Assembly: GCF_050725615.1 (NCBI RefSeq)
Contig: NZ_JBOHHU010000004.1
Location: forward strand, 17,096 to 81,095
DNA length: 64,000 nt
Reading direction: 5' to 3'
Origin: Sphingopyxis sp.
Lineage (GTDB): Bacteria > Pseudomonadota > Alphaproteobacteria > Sphingomonadales > Sphingomonadaceae
Position 1 is the first letter of the stretch. The number at the start of each line of letters is the position of its first letter. A program made the translations under genes and the position numbers. Of the stretch, positions 8,503-17,823 are shown in pieces. Under the pieces are notes generated by a model that worked only from the letters and a program-made list of their open reading frames with translations, did not search any database and was not told the origin of the DNA.

Positions 8503-9666
8503 TCAACAGTCCCGGCGCAGCAGATCGGCCATGATTTCGGCCTGACGGTTCACCGACAGCCTGGCGAGCGCATAGGCTCGCGCCGCTTCATCGGCATATT
8601 GGCCCTTGTCGAGCAGGTCGCCGAGCAGCGTCGCCAGACCCTCGACATCGCCTTCGTCGAACAAATGCCCCTGCCCGCCCATCACTTCGGGGATCGCGCC
8701 CGACCGGCTGCCGACCATGGTGCGGCCGCACGCCATCACTTCCTGGATGACGCGGCCATATTGCTCCTTCCACTTGGGGGTGCTGAGCGACGGCAGCACG
8801 ACGATATCGGCGGCGTTCATATAGCGCGCCATGTCCTCATGCTTCGATTCGAAGAAGATGACGCGGTCCGACAGGCCGAGGCGTTCGATCTGCGCCTGGA
8901 GCTGCGCGGTATAGCCCGAGGCGCCGATGAAATCGTCGATGAGGAATTGCCAGGGGCGGTCGCGGATGCGGTCGAGCGCGTCGATCAGGATGTGGATGCC
9001 CTTTTCGGGGGTCTGGCGCCCGAAATAGGCAATCACCGGCCGGGTGAGGCCGAGTTCGGCACGAACGACCGCACGCTCGGCTTCGGGGAGCGGCTGGAAC
9101 AGGCGCGGGTCGAAACCGAGCGGGACCTGCGTCGCGGTGAGACCCATTTTTTCGATCAGCGCAGTGCCGTCCTGGCTGAGCGTCAGCACGCGGTCGACCT
9201 TGCGGCGCGCCGAGCGGCGAAGCCATGTCTTGACCAGCGCCGAGGCGATGCCGGCGGGGTTGCGCGTTTCGGCCGCCTTTTTGAGGTCGCTGCCGAGGCT
9301 TTGCGGCATATTCTCGGCGGTGAGCGACCAGAGCTTCGCGTTCGGCGCGACCTGTTTGGCCTGGCGCACCATCATGCTCGCGGGGTCGCTGTCGCAATAG
9401 ATGTGGGTCGGCTGGAAAGCGTCGACCACGGCCTGAACCCCCTGCAGCGTGTGCGTCCGCTGGTTGGTGCCGGTCAGGTCGAGCAACGTCAGGTCGTAAT
9501 TTTCGGGCGGGAAGTCGGGGGTGTCGCGCCATTGGCCGCCGACGAAATGGCGGCGTGGGACGACGAGGTGAACGGGGATGCCGAGCGCGCCGATCTCGCG
9601 GAACAGCGCGCGGTTCACCGGCTCGTGGCACGAGAGCGAAATGGCGAGGAGGCGCGGACCGGTCAC
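8503..9666 (-). CDS. Glycosyltransferase family 4
   Basis: GT-B motifs GRQTPEKG and WKEQYGRVIQEVMACG; GTG start overlaps the upstream TGA. Confidence 0.88.
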   Translation of the reverse strand: MTGPRLLAISLSCHEPVNRALFREIGALGIPVHLVVPRRHFVGGQWRDTPDFPPENYDLTLLDLTGTNQRTHTLQGVQAVVDAFQPTHIYCDSDPASMMVRQAKQVAPNAKLWSLTAENMPQSLGSDLKKAAETRNPAGIASALVKTWLRRSARRKVDRVLTLSQDGTALIEKMGLTATQVPLGFDPRLFQPLPEAERAVVRAELGLTRPVIAYFGRQTPEKGIHILIDALDRIRDRPWQFLIDDFIGASGYTAQLQAQIERLGLSDRVIFFESKHEDMARYMNAADIVVLPSLSTPKWKEQYGRVIQEVMACGRTMVGSRSGAIPEVMGGQGHLFDEGDVEGLATLLGDLLDKGQYADEAARAYALARLSVNRQAEIMADLLRRDC

Positions 9667-10580
9667 GCGGCGAAGGCGGCGATGGTACGGCGGGCTTCGT
9701 CGGCGATGCTCGCCGAAGGCGTCCAGCCGAGCGCGGCGAGGCGCGATATGTCGACCGTGAACGGGCTGCGGAAGGCGTCGGTGCCGTCGCCATAGGTGAT
9801 CGTCACGGGCTGCGGCGCGGCTGCGGCGATGCTCTCGGCGAGCGCCTGCATCGTGATCGCCTGCCCCGCGCCGAGGTTGAAGATGGTGTTCCAGCCATTT
9901 TCGGCGCGGAGCAGCCGGTCGACCGCCGCGATCGCGTCGCCGAACGGCAAGATATCACGATAGCTCTGTCCATCGTTGCGCAGGCTCATCGTACCGCTTT
10001 CGGCGACCTGGCGGCAGAGGTCGAGGAAGATCAGCCCCGCCTGTTCGCCCAGATCCCTGTGCGCGGGCGCGCCGACCATGTTGGTCGGGCGGAGGATCGC
10101 GATGCGGTCGGCGACGTCGCTGGCGGTGAGTTCGCTCTCGATCGCGAGATGCGTCCGGCCATAGGGATGGCCCGGCGCCTTGGGCATGTCCTCGTTGTAG
10201 GTCGCGGCGACAGCGCCACCATAGACATGGAAGGTCGAGAAATGGATCAGGCGCGCCGCCCTGCCCTCGCGCAGTGCGGCGAGGCACGCGCTGGCGGTGC
10301 TGCGGCCCTGCGCCAGCGCGGCGTCGGCGTCCTTGCCCGCCGCCTGCGCGCCCGGCATCGCGAGATTGACGATCGCGTCATAATCGCCACCCGGCAATAC
10401 CGCGTCGGTGCCGCTGTCGTAGCGAAAGGAGGCGATGCCGCGTTCCGCAAGCCATGCGGCGCGCGCGGGCGTGTCCGAGCGCACGGTAACCGCGACGTCC
10501 CAGTCATCGGCCAGCGCCTCGGCCAGCCGCGCCCCGAAATATCCGCTGCCGCCGACGAGCAGCAGCCGGCCATCAGCCAT
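9663..10580 (-). CDS. NAD-dependent epimerase/4-keto-reductase (SDR)
   Basis: GGSGYFG Rossmann motif, FSTFHVYG, YGRTH in place of YxxxK; start re-assigned to MADGRLLLVGG at 10580. Confidence 0.8.
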   Translation of the reverse strand: MADGRLLLVGGSGYFGARLAEALADDWDVAVTVRSDTPARAAWLAERGIASFRYDSGTDAVLPGGDYDAIVNLAMPGAQAAGKDADAALAQGRSTASACLAALREGRAARLIHFSTFHVYGGAVAATYNEDMPKAPGHPYGRTHLAIESELTASDVADRIAILRPTNMVGAPAHRDLGEQAGLIFLDLCRQVAESGTMSLRNDGQSYRDILPFGDAIAAVDRLLRAENGWNTIFNLGAGQAITMQALAESIAAAAPQPVTITYGDGTDAFRSPFTVDISRLAALGWTPSASIADEARRTIAAFAA

Positions 10581-11022
10581 GGCGGACGTCCCAGTTGTAA
10601 GGGATCTTGTCGGTGAACGGGTCCATGCGGTCGATCTCGTCGGCCGAATGGACGTGGGTGGTGCAGTTCGCGACGATGGCCGGATATTGGCCATAGCCCT
10701 TGAAGCCGTTCCACACGAAGGGCGGCACGGTGACGAGGCAATAATTGTCCTCGCCCATGAAGATTTCCTGGAGTTCGCCGCGCGTCGGCGAGCCTTCGCG
10801 GTCGTCGTAGAGGACAAATTTGATGCGGCCGTGGACGACGGCATAGTTCAGCGTCATTTCGCTGTGGATGTGCCAGGCCTTGATCGCGCCGGGCTGCACG
10901 CACGAGAAATAAATCTCGCCGAACCGGTCGAAATGCGGCGCGTCGCTGCGCAGCATGTGCATGATCTTGCCGCGTTCGTCCGGAATCTGGCGCAGCGGTG
11001 TAATCAGGACGCCGTCGATCAT
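10573..11022 (-). CDS. Cupin-fold NDP-4-keto-6-deoxyhexose 3(,5)-epimerase (RmlC-like)
   Basis: DERG, IKAWHIH, LVTVPPFVWNGF motifs; start MIDGVLITPL at 11022. Confidence 0.85.
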   Translation of the reverse strand: MIDGVLITPLRQIPDERGKIMHMLRSDAPHFDRFGEIYFSCVQPGAIKAWHIHSEMTLNYAVVHGRIKFVLYDDREGSPTRGELQEIFMGEDNYCLVTVPPFVWNGFKGYGQYPAIVANCTTHVHSADEIDRMDPFTDKIPYNWDVRHG

Positions 11023-11042
11023 CTTATTCCCCTTGGGTTGGT

Positions 11043-12170
11043 TCAGGCCGCCCAGGCGAGCGATTTCGCTCGCGCCTCGGCAACGAAGGTTTCGATATCG
11101 TGACGCGTCCGGTCGAGTGCGGGAGCCTGGTCGGCGACCACCGCCTTGTACCAGCCCGCAGTCAGCGCGACGCCGCCCGCGAAGTCGAGCGTCGGGGCCC
11201 AGCCGAGCTTGTGATAGGCCTTGTCGATCGACAGGCCGAGCAGCCCGGCTTCGTGGACCGCACCCGCTTCGGCCGCATTGACCCAGGTGCCGGGCCAGTG
11301 CTTGAGGAATTCGGTGACCAGCCGTTCGACCGAGCCATTGGCCTCGACCCACGGGCCGAAGTTGAACGCCTCGGTCACGTCGGTCGGCGATTTCACCCGC
11401 GCCGTGGTTGCGGCGCCGCCGAGCAGCGCACCGAGCCAGAGATAGCCGCTCAGCGATTCCAGTACATGCTGCCAGGGCCGCGTCGCGTGCGGATTACGCA
11501 GGCGGATCGCTTCACCCTTGGCAAGGCTGCGCACGCAGTCGGGGACGATGCGGTCGAGCGACCAGTCGCCGCCGCCGATGACATTGCCGGCGCGCACCGT
11601 CGCCATCTTCACCGGGCTGTCGGGCCCCGAGAAGAAACTGCGGCGATAGCTGTGCGCTACGATTTCGGCGGCGCCCTTCGATGCGCTGTAGGTGTCGTGG
11701 CCGCCCATCGGATCATCTTCGCGATAGCCCGACAGGACTTCGCGATTCTCGTAGCATTTGTCCGAGGTGACGCAGACGACCGCCGCCGGATGGCCGGCAC
11801 GGCGCAGCGCATCGAGCAGGTTGACGGTGCCCATGACGTTGGTCGCCATCGTTTCGACCGGATGATCGTAGGAGTAACGGACAAGCGACTGCGCCGCGAG
11901 GTGGAAGACATAGTCGGGCTTGTGCGCCGTCACGACGTCATAAAGCGCGTCGGCATCGCGCACGTCGCCCAGGATATGCGTCATCCGGTCGGCGAGGCCG
12001 AGGCTGTCGAAATGCGACGGGCCGTCGTCGACCTTGTGCGAGAAGCCGACGACCCTGGCGCCCAGCATCAGCAGCCATTCGGCCATCCACGAACCCTTGA
12101 AGCCCGTATGGCCGGTCAAGAGGACGGTCTTGCAGCGATAGGCGTCGCCGAACATGCTGCCGCTTACCAT
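11043..12170 (-). CDS. rfbG: CDP-glucose 4,6-dehydratase
   Basis: TGHTGFKGSW, HLAAQSLVR, TSDKCYEN, RAGNVIGGGDW, RPWQHVLE. Confidence 0.95.
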   Translation of the reverse strand: MVSGSMFGDAYRCKTVLLTGHTGFKGSWMAEWLLMLGARVVGFSHKVDDGPSHFDSLGLADRMTHILGDVRDADALYDVVTAHKPDYVFHLAAQSLVRYSYDHPVETMATNVMGTVNLLDALRRAGHPAAVVCVTSDKCYENREVLSGYREDDPMGGHDTYSASKGAAEIVAHSYRRSFFSGPDSPVKMATVRAGNVIGGGDWSLDRIVPDCVRSLAKGEAIRLRNPHATRPWQHVLESLSGYLWLGALLGGAATTARVKSPTDVTEAFNFGPWVEANGSVERLVTEFLKHWPGTWVNAAEAGAVHEAGLLGLSIDKAYHKLGWAPTLDFAGGVALTAGWYKAVVADQAPALDRTRHDIETFVAEARAKSLAWAA

Positions 12171-12949
12171 TTCTTCCAGGGCGCACGCCCTTCGGCCCAC
12201 AGTTCGTTGAGCAGCGAATATTCGCGCGGCGTGTCCATCGGCTGCCAGAAGCCATTATGTTCGTACATCATCAACTCGCGATCGGCGGCGAGGCGTTCCA
12301 TCGGTTCGCGTTCGAGGATGAGATCCTCGCGATCGTCGAGATAATCGTCGACGAAATTGCGGTTGAAGACGAAGAAACCGCCGTTGATATGGCCGCCCGA
12401 CACCTGCGGCTTTTCGTTGAAGCTGGCGACGACGCCGCCTTCGGTGCCGAGTTCGCCGAAGCGACCCGGGGGATAGACGCCGGTCAGCGTCGCGGTCTTG
12501 CCATGGCCCTTGTGGAAATCGACCAGCGCCGAAATATCGACGTCGCCGACGCCGTCGCCATAGGTGGCGCAGAAATGATCGACGCCGTCGAGATAGCGCG
12601 CGCCGCGACGGATACGCGCGCCGGTCATCGCATCCTCGCCGGTTTCGGCGAGCGTGACCTTCCAGTCCTCGGTCTGGTGCTTGTGGAACTGCAACCGGTC
12701 CTCGCCGCGCTTCGACAGGTCGACGGTGACGTCGGACGACTGGTTGGCGTAGTTGAGGAAGAAATCGCGGATGATGTCGCCCTTATAGCCCAGCAGCAGG
12801 ACGAAATCGGTGATGCCGTGCGCGGCATAGATTTTCATAATGTGCCAGACGATGGGTTTGTCGCCGATCGGCACCATCGGCTTGGGCAGGGTTTCGGAGA
12901 CTTCGCGGAGGCGGGTCCCGCGACCGCCGCAGAGAATCAGGGCTTTCAT
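12164..12949 (-). CDS. rfbF: Glucose-1-phosphate cytidylyltransferase
   Basis: LCGGRGTRL, PKPMV, TYGDG, HNGFWQPMDT. Confidence 0.95.
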   Translation of the reverse strand: MKALILCGGRGTRLREVSETLPKPMVPIGDKPIVWHIMKIYAAHGITDFVLLLGYKGDIIRDFFLNYANQSSDVTVDLSKRGEDRLQFHKHQTEDWKVTLAETGEDAMTGARIRRGARYLDGVDHFCATYGDGVGDVDISALVDFHKGHGKTATLTGVYPPGRFGELGTEGGVVASFNEKPQVSGGHINGGFFVFNRNFVDDYLDDREDLILEREPMERLAADRELMMYEHNGFWQPMDTPREYSLLNELWAEGRAPWKKW

Positions 12950-13016
12950 AGGGGCAAGCTCGTTCCGTTCTGAGGATCAGGATGCGGCGGAATCAATTGG
13001 GTTATCAAGCGCCCGC

Positions 13017-13045
13017 TCGGTAGCCGCAAAGCCAGGGCGCTGCAA
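13017..13045 (-). promoter_or_regulatory. Putative sigma70 promoter for the rfbF-rfbG module
   Basis: TTG(13045-13043)-N18-GCTACCGA(13024-13017) in the selO-rfbF gap. Confidence 0.5.
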
Positions 13046-13070
13046 CGCGCGTCGCGCCTCGATGGCCATT

Positions 13071-14534
13071 TCATGTGCCGCAGAAAGTCACATAAGGGGC
13101 CGTTTCGCGGGGGCCCGGCTGGGCGTAATCTGCTCGGTCGGCGCGCTCGGCATAAGGCGTCCGGACGACATCAAGCAGTGTCAGGAAAGGCGCGAGATCG
13201 CCCTGCTCGGCGGCCGCCAGCGCTTCCTCGACCTTGTGGTTGCGCGGGATATAGAGCGGGTTGACCGCGTCCATCGCCGCCGCCCGCTCAACGGGGTTGA
13301 TCGGCTCGCGTTCGAGTTGCGCCCACCATTGGGCGATCCACGGCGCCATGGCGTCGGGCGCCGGCAGCAACGCTTCGATGGCGGTGGCATCGCCGCGCAG
13401 CAATGTCGCGAGCGCCCGGAAAAACAGGGTGAAGTCGGGCCCGTTCTGTTCGAGCGCGTCGAACAATCCGTCGATCAGCCCGGCATCGCTCGAGTGCGGC
13501 GCGCCGAGGCCCAGTTTCTGTCGCATCGTGGCCAGCCAGATGGTCCGGAACTGCTCGACGACGTCGGCGACCAGCTTTTTCGCGACCTCGACATCGTCGG
13601 GGTTCACCGCGTGGATCGCCGGGAGCAGCGCTTCGGCAAAGCGCGCCATGTTCCAGTTCATAATCGCGGGCTGATTGCCATAGGCATAGCGGCCGTTGGC
13701 GTCGATCGAACTATAGACGCTGTTGACGGCAAACCGGTCCATGAAGGCGCAGGGACCATAGTCGATCGTTTCGCCGCTGACCGCGACATTGTCGGTGTTC
13801 ATCACGCCGTGGACGAAGCCCAGCCCCATCCATTTCGCGACCAGTACGCACTGGCGTTCGATCACCGCTGCCAGCAGGGCAAGATGCGGATTGGCGGCGC
13901 TGGCGAGGTCGGGAAAATGGCGGCGGATCGTATAGTCGGACAGCTGGACGACATGTTCGGCGCCGAGGTGAGCGGCGAAAAACTGGAAGGTGCCGACGCG
14001 GATATGGCTCGACGCGATCCGGGTGAGCACCGCGCCGGGATGGGCGCGTTCGCGCTGGACGCGGTCGCCGGTCGCCACCGCCGCGAGCGCGCGGGTGGTC
14101 GGCACCTGCATCGCCGCCATCGCTTCGGACACCAGAAATTCGCGCAGGACGGGGCCGATCGCCGCCTTGCCGTCGCCGTTTCGCGAGAAAGGCGTCGGAC
14201 CGGAGCCTTTCAACTGCACGTCGAAACGCTTGCCATCGGGTGCGACGATTTCGCCGAGCAACAGGGCGCGGCCGTCGCCGAGTTGCGACGAGAAATGGCC
14301 AAACTGATGTCCGGCATAAGCGAAAGCGAGCGGATTGGCGCCGCCCGGCAAGGCCTGGCCCGAAAAAAGCCGCGCGAGCGTGTCGTCGTCGACATCGGCG
14401 GTCGCCAGCCCGAGCGTTCCAGCGAGCGTCTGGTTGAAGACGAGCAGCTTTGGCGCCGAAGGCGGCGCGGCCTCGGCCGGCGCGTAAAAACCCTCCATCT
14501 CGCGGTGGAAGCTGTTGTCGAAGGCGATATCCAT
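13071..14534 (-). CDS. selO: Protein adenylyltransferase SelO (YdiU)
   Basis: YAGHQFG, QLGDGRA, QLKGSGPTPFSR.GDG, HGVMNTDN, IDYGP, C-terminal TFCGT. Confidence 0.95.
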   Translation of the reverse strand: MDIAFDNSFHREMEGFYAPAEAAPPSAPKLLVFNQTLAGTLGLATADVDDDTLARLFSGQALPGGANPLAFAYAGHQFGHFSSQLGDGRALLLGEIVAPDGKRFDVQLKGSGPTPFSRNGDGKAAIGPVLREFLVSEAMAAMQVPTTRALAAVATGDRVQRERAHPGAVLTRIASSHIRVGTFQFFAAHLGAEHVVQLSDYTIRRHFPDLASAANPHLALLAAVIERQCVLVAKWMGLGFVHGVMNTDNVAVSGETIDYGPCAFMDRFAVNSVYSSIDANGRYAYGNQPAIMNWNMARFAEALLPAIHAVNPDDVEVAKKLVADVVEQFRTIWLATMRQKLGLGAPHSSDAGLIDGLFDALEQNGPDFTLFFRALATLLRGDATAIEALLPAPDAMAPWIAQWWAQLEREPINPVERAAAMDAVNPLYIPRNHKVEEALAAAEQGDLAPFLTLLDVVRTPYAERADRADYAQPGPRETAPYVTFCGT

Positions 14535-14590
14535 GGCTCTGTTCCTCGCCCTTCTCTCTCGAACCTCGCCCGCCCGATTGCAAGCGCGCG

Positions 14591-15532
14591 TCAGGCGTGG
14601 TGCGCCAGGAACCAGTCGTAGGTCGCCGCAATGCCGTCGCGCAGGTCGACGGTCGGCGACCAGCCCATCGCGGCGAGCCTGGCGTTCGACATCAGCTTGC
14701 GCGGCGTGCCGTCGGGTTTTGTCGTGTCCAGCTCGATCTCGACATCAGCGCCGACCACCTCGGCGATGAGGCGCGCGAGGTCGATGATCGCGATGTCGGC
14801 GCCCGACCCGACATTGACATGGCCGGCGTCGGAGTAGGTCTTCATCAGGAAGACGCAGGCGTCGGCGCAATCGTCGACATGCAGGAATTCGCGCATCGGG
14901 GTGCCGCTGCCCCACAGCGTCATCCTTTTCGCGCCGCTCACCTTCGCTTCATGCGCCTTGCGGAGCAGCGCGGGCAGGACATGGCTCGACGCGAGGTCGA
15001 AATTGTCGCCGGGACCGTAGAGATTGGTCGGCATCGCCGAAATATAGTCGCGCCCATATTGGCGGCGATAGCTTTGCGCGAGCTTGATGCCCGCGATCTT
15101 GGCGATCGCATACCATTCGTTCGTCGCTTCGAGCGGCCCCGTAAGCAATGCCTCTTCGACGATCGGCTGCTCGGCATATTTGGGGTAGATGCACGACGAG
15201 CCGAGGAAACAGAGCTTGGCGACATCGGCGCGGTGCGCGGCATCGACGATATTGGTTTCGATGACGAGGTTCTGGTAGAGGAAATCGGCCGGAAAGCTGT
15301 CGTTGGCGAGGATGCCGCCGACTTTCGCCGCCGCCAGGAACACCGCGTCGGGTTTTTCCCGCGCGACCCATTGGCGCACCGCCGCCTGATCGAGCAGGTC
15401 GAGCGTGTCGCGCCCGGCGGTCAGGATTTCGCAATCCTCGCTCGCGAGCCGTCGCACCAGCGCGCTCCCCACCATGCCGCGGTGGCCCGCGACCCAGACG
15501 CGCTTGCCCGCGAGCGAAAAATCGTCAGCCAT
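14591..15532 (-). CDS. fcl: GDP-L-fucose synthase
   Basis: [40 protein letters not shown]. Confidence 0.95.
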   Translation of the reverse strand: MADDFSLAGKRVWVAGHRGMVGSALVRRLASEDCEILTAGRDTLDLLDQAAVRQWVAREKPDAVFLAAAKVGGILANDSFPADFLYQNLVIETNIVDAAHRADVAKLCFLGSSCIYPKYAEQPIVEEALLTGPLEATNEWYAIAKIAGIKLAQSYRRQYGRDYISAMPTNLYGPGDNFDLASSHVLPALLRKAHEAKVSGAKRMTLWGSGTPMREFLHVDDCADACVFLMKTYSDAGHVNVGSGADIAIIDLARLIAEVVGADVEIELDTTKPDGTPRKLMSNARLAAMGWSPTVDLRDGIAATYDWFLAHHA

Positions 15533-16595
15533 GTGCCGGGTTCGTGCCGGCCTTGGCTTCAGCGAGGTCGGCGGCGACCATTTCGCGGCACAGCTCGCGC
15601 ACCGATGTTTCGTGACGCCAGCCGAGCTTCTGATGCGCCTTCGACGGGTCGCCGATCAGCAATTCGACTTCGGTCGGGCGGAAATAGCGCGGATCGACCT
15701 CGACCAGGCAGGTGCCGGTTTTGGTGCAATAGCCCTTTTCATCGACGCCTTCGCCCTTCCATTCGAGCGCGATGCCGACATCCTCGAACGCCCATTCGAC
15801 GAAATCGCGCACCGGGGTCGTCTCGCCGGTCGCGAGGACATAGTCGTCGGGTTCGTCCTGCTGCATCATCAGCCACATGCCGCGCACATATTCGCGGGCA
15901 TGGCCCCAGTCGCGCTTGGCGTCGAGGTTGCCGAGATAGAGCTTGTCCTGCTGGCCGAGGCTGATCGCGGCGGCGGCGCGGGTGATCTTGCGCGTGACGA
16001 AGGTCTCGCCGCGCAGCGGGCTTTCATGGTTGAACAATATGCCGTTCGAAGCATGCATGCCATAGGCTTCGCGGTAATTGACCACGATCCAATAGGCATA
16101 GAGCTTGGCCGCCGCATAAGGGCTGCGCGGATAGAAAGGCGTGGTTTCGCGCTGCGGCACTTCCTGGACGAGGCCGTAGAGTTCCGAGGTCGATGCCTGA
16201 TAGAAGCGGCAGGTCTTTTCCATGCCGAGGATACGCATCGCCTCGAGCAACCGCAGCGTGCCGATTGCGTCGCTGTTCGCGGTATATTCGGGGGTCTCGA
16301 AACTCACCTGCACATGGCTTTGCGCCGCGAGGTTGTAGATTTCGGTCGGCTTGGTTTCCTGGACGATGCGGATCAGGTTGGTGCTGTCGGTCAGGTCGCC
16401 ATAATGGAGGTGGAAGCGCGAATTTTCGACGTGCGGATCCTGATAGATATCCTCGATGCGGCTGGTGTTGAACGAGGAGGACCGGCGCTTGAGGCCGTGC
16501 ACGATATAGCCCTTTTCGAGCAGCAGCCGTGCGAGATAGGCGCCGTCCTGTCCGGTAATTCCGGTAACAAGAGCGATTTTTTCCTGTTCAGCCAA
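15525..16595 (-). CDS. gmd: GDP-mannose 4,6-dehydratase
   Basis: [35 protein letters not shown]; TTG start with GAGGAA RBS. Confidence 0.96.
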   Translation of the reverse strand: MAEQEKIALVTGITGQDGAYLARLLLEKGYIVHGLKRRSSSFNTSRIEDIYQDPHVENSRFHLHYGDLTDSTNLIRIVQETKPTEIYNLAAQSHVQVSFETPEYTANSDAIGTLRLLEAMRILGMEKTCRFYQASTSELYGLVQEVPQRETTPFYPRSPYAAAKLYAYWIVVNYREAYGMHASNGILFNHESPLRGETFVTRKITRAAAAISLGQQDKLYLGNLDAKRDWGHAREYVRGMWLMMQQDEPDDYVLATGETTPVRDFVEWAFEDVGIALEWKGEGVDEKGYCTKTGTCLVEVDPRYFRPTEVELLIGDPSKAHQKLGWRHETSVRELCREMVAADLAEAKAGTNPAHG

Positions 16596-16721
16596 GGGGT
16601 TGTTCCTCGTGTCGGGGAGAGTGTCGGGGCCAACATGGCCCGGGGGTTCGGGCGGTGCTTCCCTTTCCGCGCCTTGCCCGCGAAGTCAACCGGGCTGTTC
16701 GTCCTCGCGCCAAACTTCGCC

Positions 16722-16750
16722 CTTGTTGCCAAAGGCTCACATGTCTATCG
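16722..16750 (+). promoter_or_regulatory. Putative sigma70 promoter for the central plus-strand operon
   Basis: CTTGTT-N17-CTATCG in the divergent gmd/epimerase gap, followed by an 8-bp leader hairpin. Confidence 0.35.
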
Positions 16751-16795
16751 CGGCGCTGCTGCGGCGCCGCGAGCCGCATGAGCAGGAGATGATCA

Positions 16796-17791
16796 GTGAC
16801 CGTGCTCGTTACCGGCGCCGCCGGATTTATCGGTTTTCATCTTTCGCGGCGGTTGATGGGACAAGGTCAGCCGGTCATCGGCATCGATATCGTCAATGAT
16901 TATTACGACCCGGCGCTGAAGCGCGCGCGGCTGGCCCGGCTGGCCGAGGAGTTTGGCGATCTGTTCACCTTTCGCCAGGTCGATTTCGCCGATGCCGATG
17001 CGCTCGACGCGGCGCTGGCCGGGCTGAAATTCGACGATATCGCGCATCTGGGGGCGCAGGCGGGGGTCCGTTACTCGATCGATAACCCGCGCGCCTATGT
17101 CCAGGCGAACCTCGTCGGCCACCTCAACCTGCTCGAAGTGGCGCGGACGCGCGGCGTGCCGATGGTCTATGCCTCCTCCTCGTCGGTCTATGGCGGCAAC
17201 AAGGTGATGCCGTTCCGCGTCGAGGATCGCGTCGACCATCCGATGTCGCTCTATGCCGCGACCAAGAAGGCCGACGAGCTGATGAGCGAGACCTACGCCC
17301 ATCTCTATCGCATTCCGCTGACCGGCCTGCGCTTCTTCACCGTCTATGGGCCGTGGGGCCGTCCCGACATGGCGATGTGGATTTTCACCAAGGCGATCTT
17401 CGAGGGGACGCCGATCCAGGTGTTCAACGCCGGGGCGATGCGCCGCGACTTCACCTATATCGACGATATCGTCTCGGGTGTCGCGGCGTGCATCGCCAAT
17501 CCGCCGCCCGACGACGGTGCCTTGAAAGCCGGCGGCAGCGTCGCGCCGCACCGGCTCTATAATATCGGCAACAACCGGTCCGAAGAGCTGACGCGGATGA
17601 TTTCGCTGATCGAGGAAGCCTGCGGGCGCGAAGCGATCAAGCAGATGGCCCCGTTGCAGCCGGGCGACGTTCCCGAAACCTATGCCGACATCAGCGCGAT
17701 CTCGGGCGATCTCGGCTATGAACCGACGACCCCGATCGATGTCGGCATCCCCAATTTTGTCGCCTGGTATCGCGACTATCACGGCCTCTGA
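16796..17791 (+). CDS. UDP-glucuronate 4-epimerase (CapI/LpsL-like SDR)
   Basis: GAAGFIG, AQAGVRYS, YAATKK, FFTVYGPWGRPDMA; GTG start with AGGAG RBS. Confidence 0.88.
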   Translation: MTVLVTGAAGFIGFHLSRRLMGQGQPVIGIDIVNDYYDPALKRARLARLAEEFGDLFTFRQVDFADADALDAALAGLKFDDIAHLGAQAGVRYSIDNPRAYVQANLVGHLNLLEVARTRGVPMVYASSSSVYGGNKVMPFRVEDRVDHPMSLYAATKKADELMSETYAHLYRIPLTGLRFFTVYGPWGRPDMAMWIFTKAIFEGTPIQVFNAGAMRRDFTYIDDIVSGVAACIANPPPDDGALKAGGSVAPHRLYNIGNNRSEELTRMISLIEEACGREAIKQMAPLQPGDVPETYADISAISGDLGYEPTTPIDVGIPNFVAWYRDYHGL

Positions 17792-17823
17792 CGCCTGCCC
17801 CTCTCCCAAGGAACAGAATAGAA

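Noticed and set aside
757-9666. Functional link between the TMEM165/GDT1 Mn transporter and the neighbouring glycosyltransferases, by analogy to Golgi TMEM165
   Set aside because: Separated by tamAB and independently promoted; bacterial homologs export Mn, and nothing in the sequence supports coupling.
13071-13100. Possible selenocysteine read-through at the selO TGA
   Set aside because: The C-terminal motif already has Cys (TFCGT) and the TGA follows the normal end of the protein.
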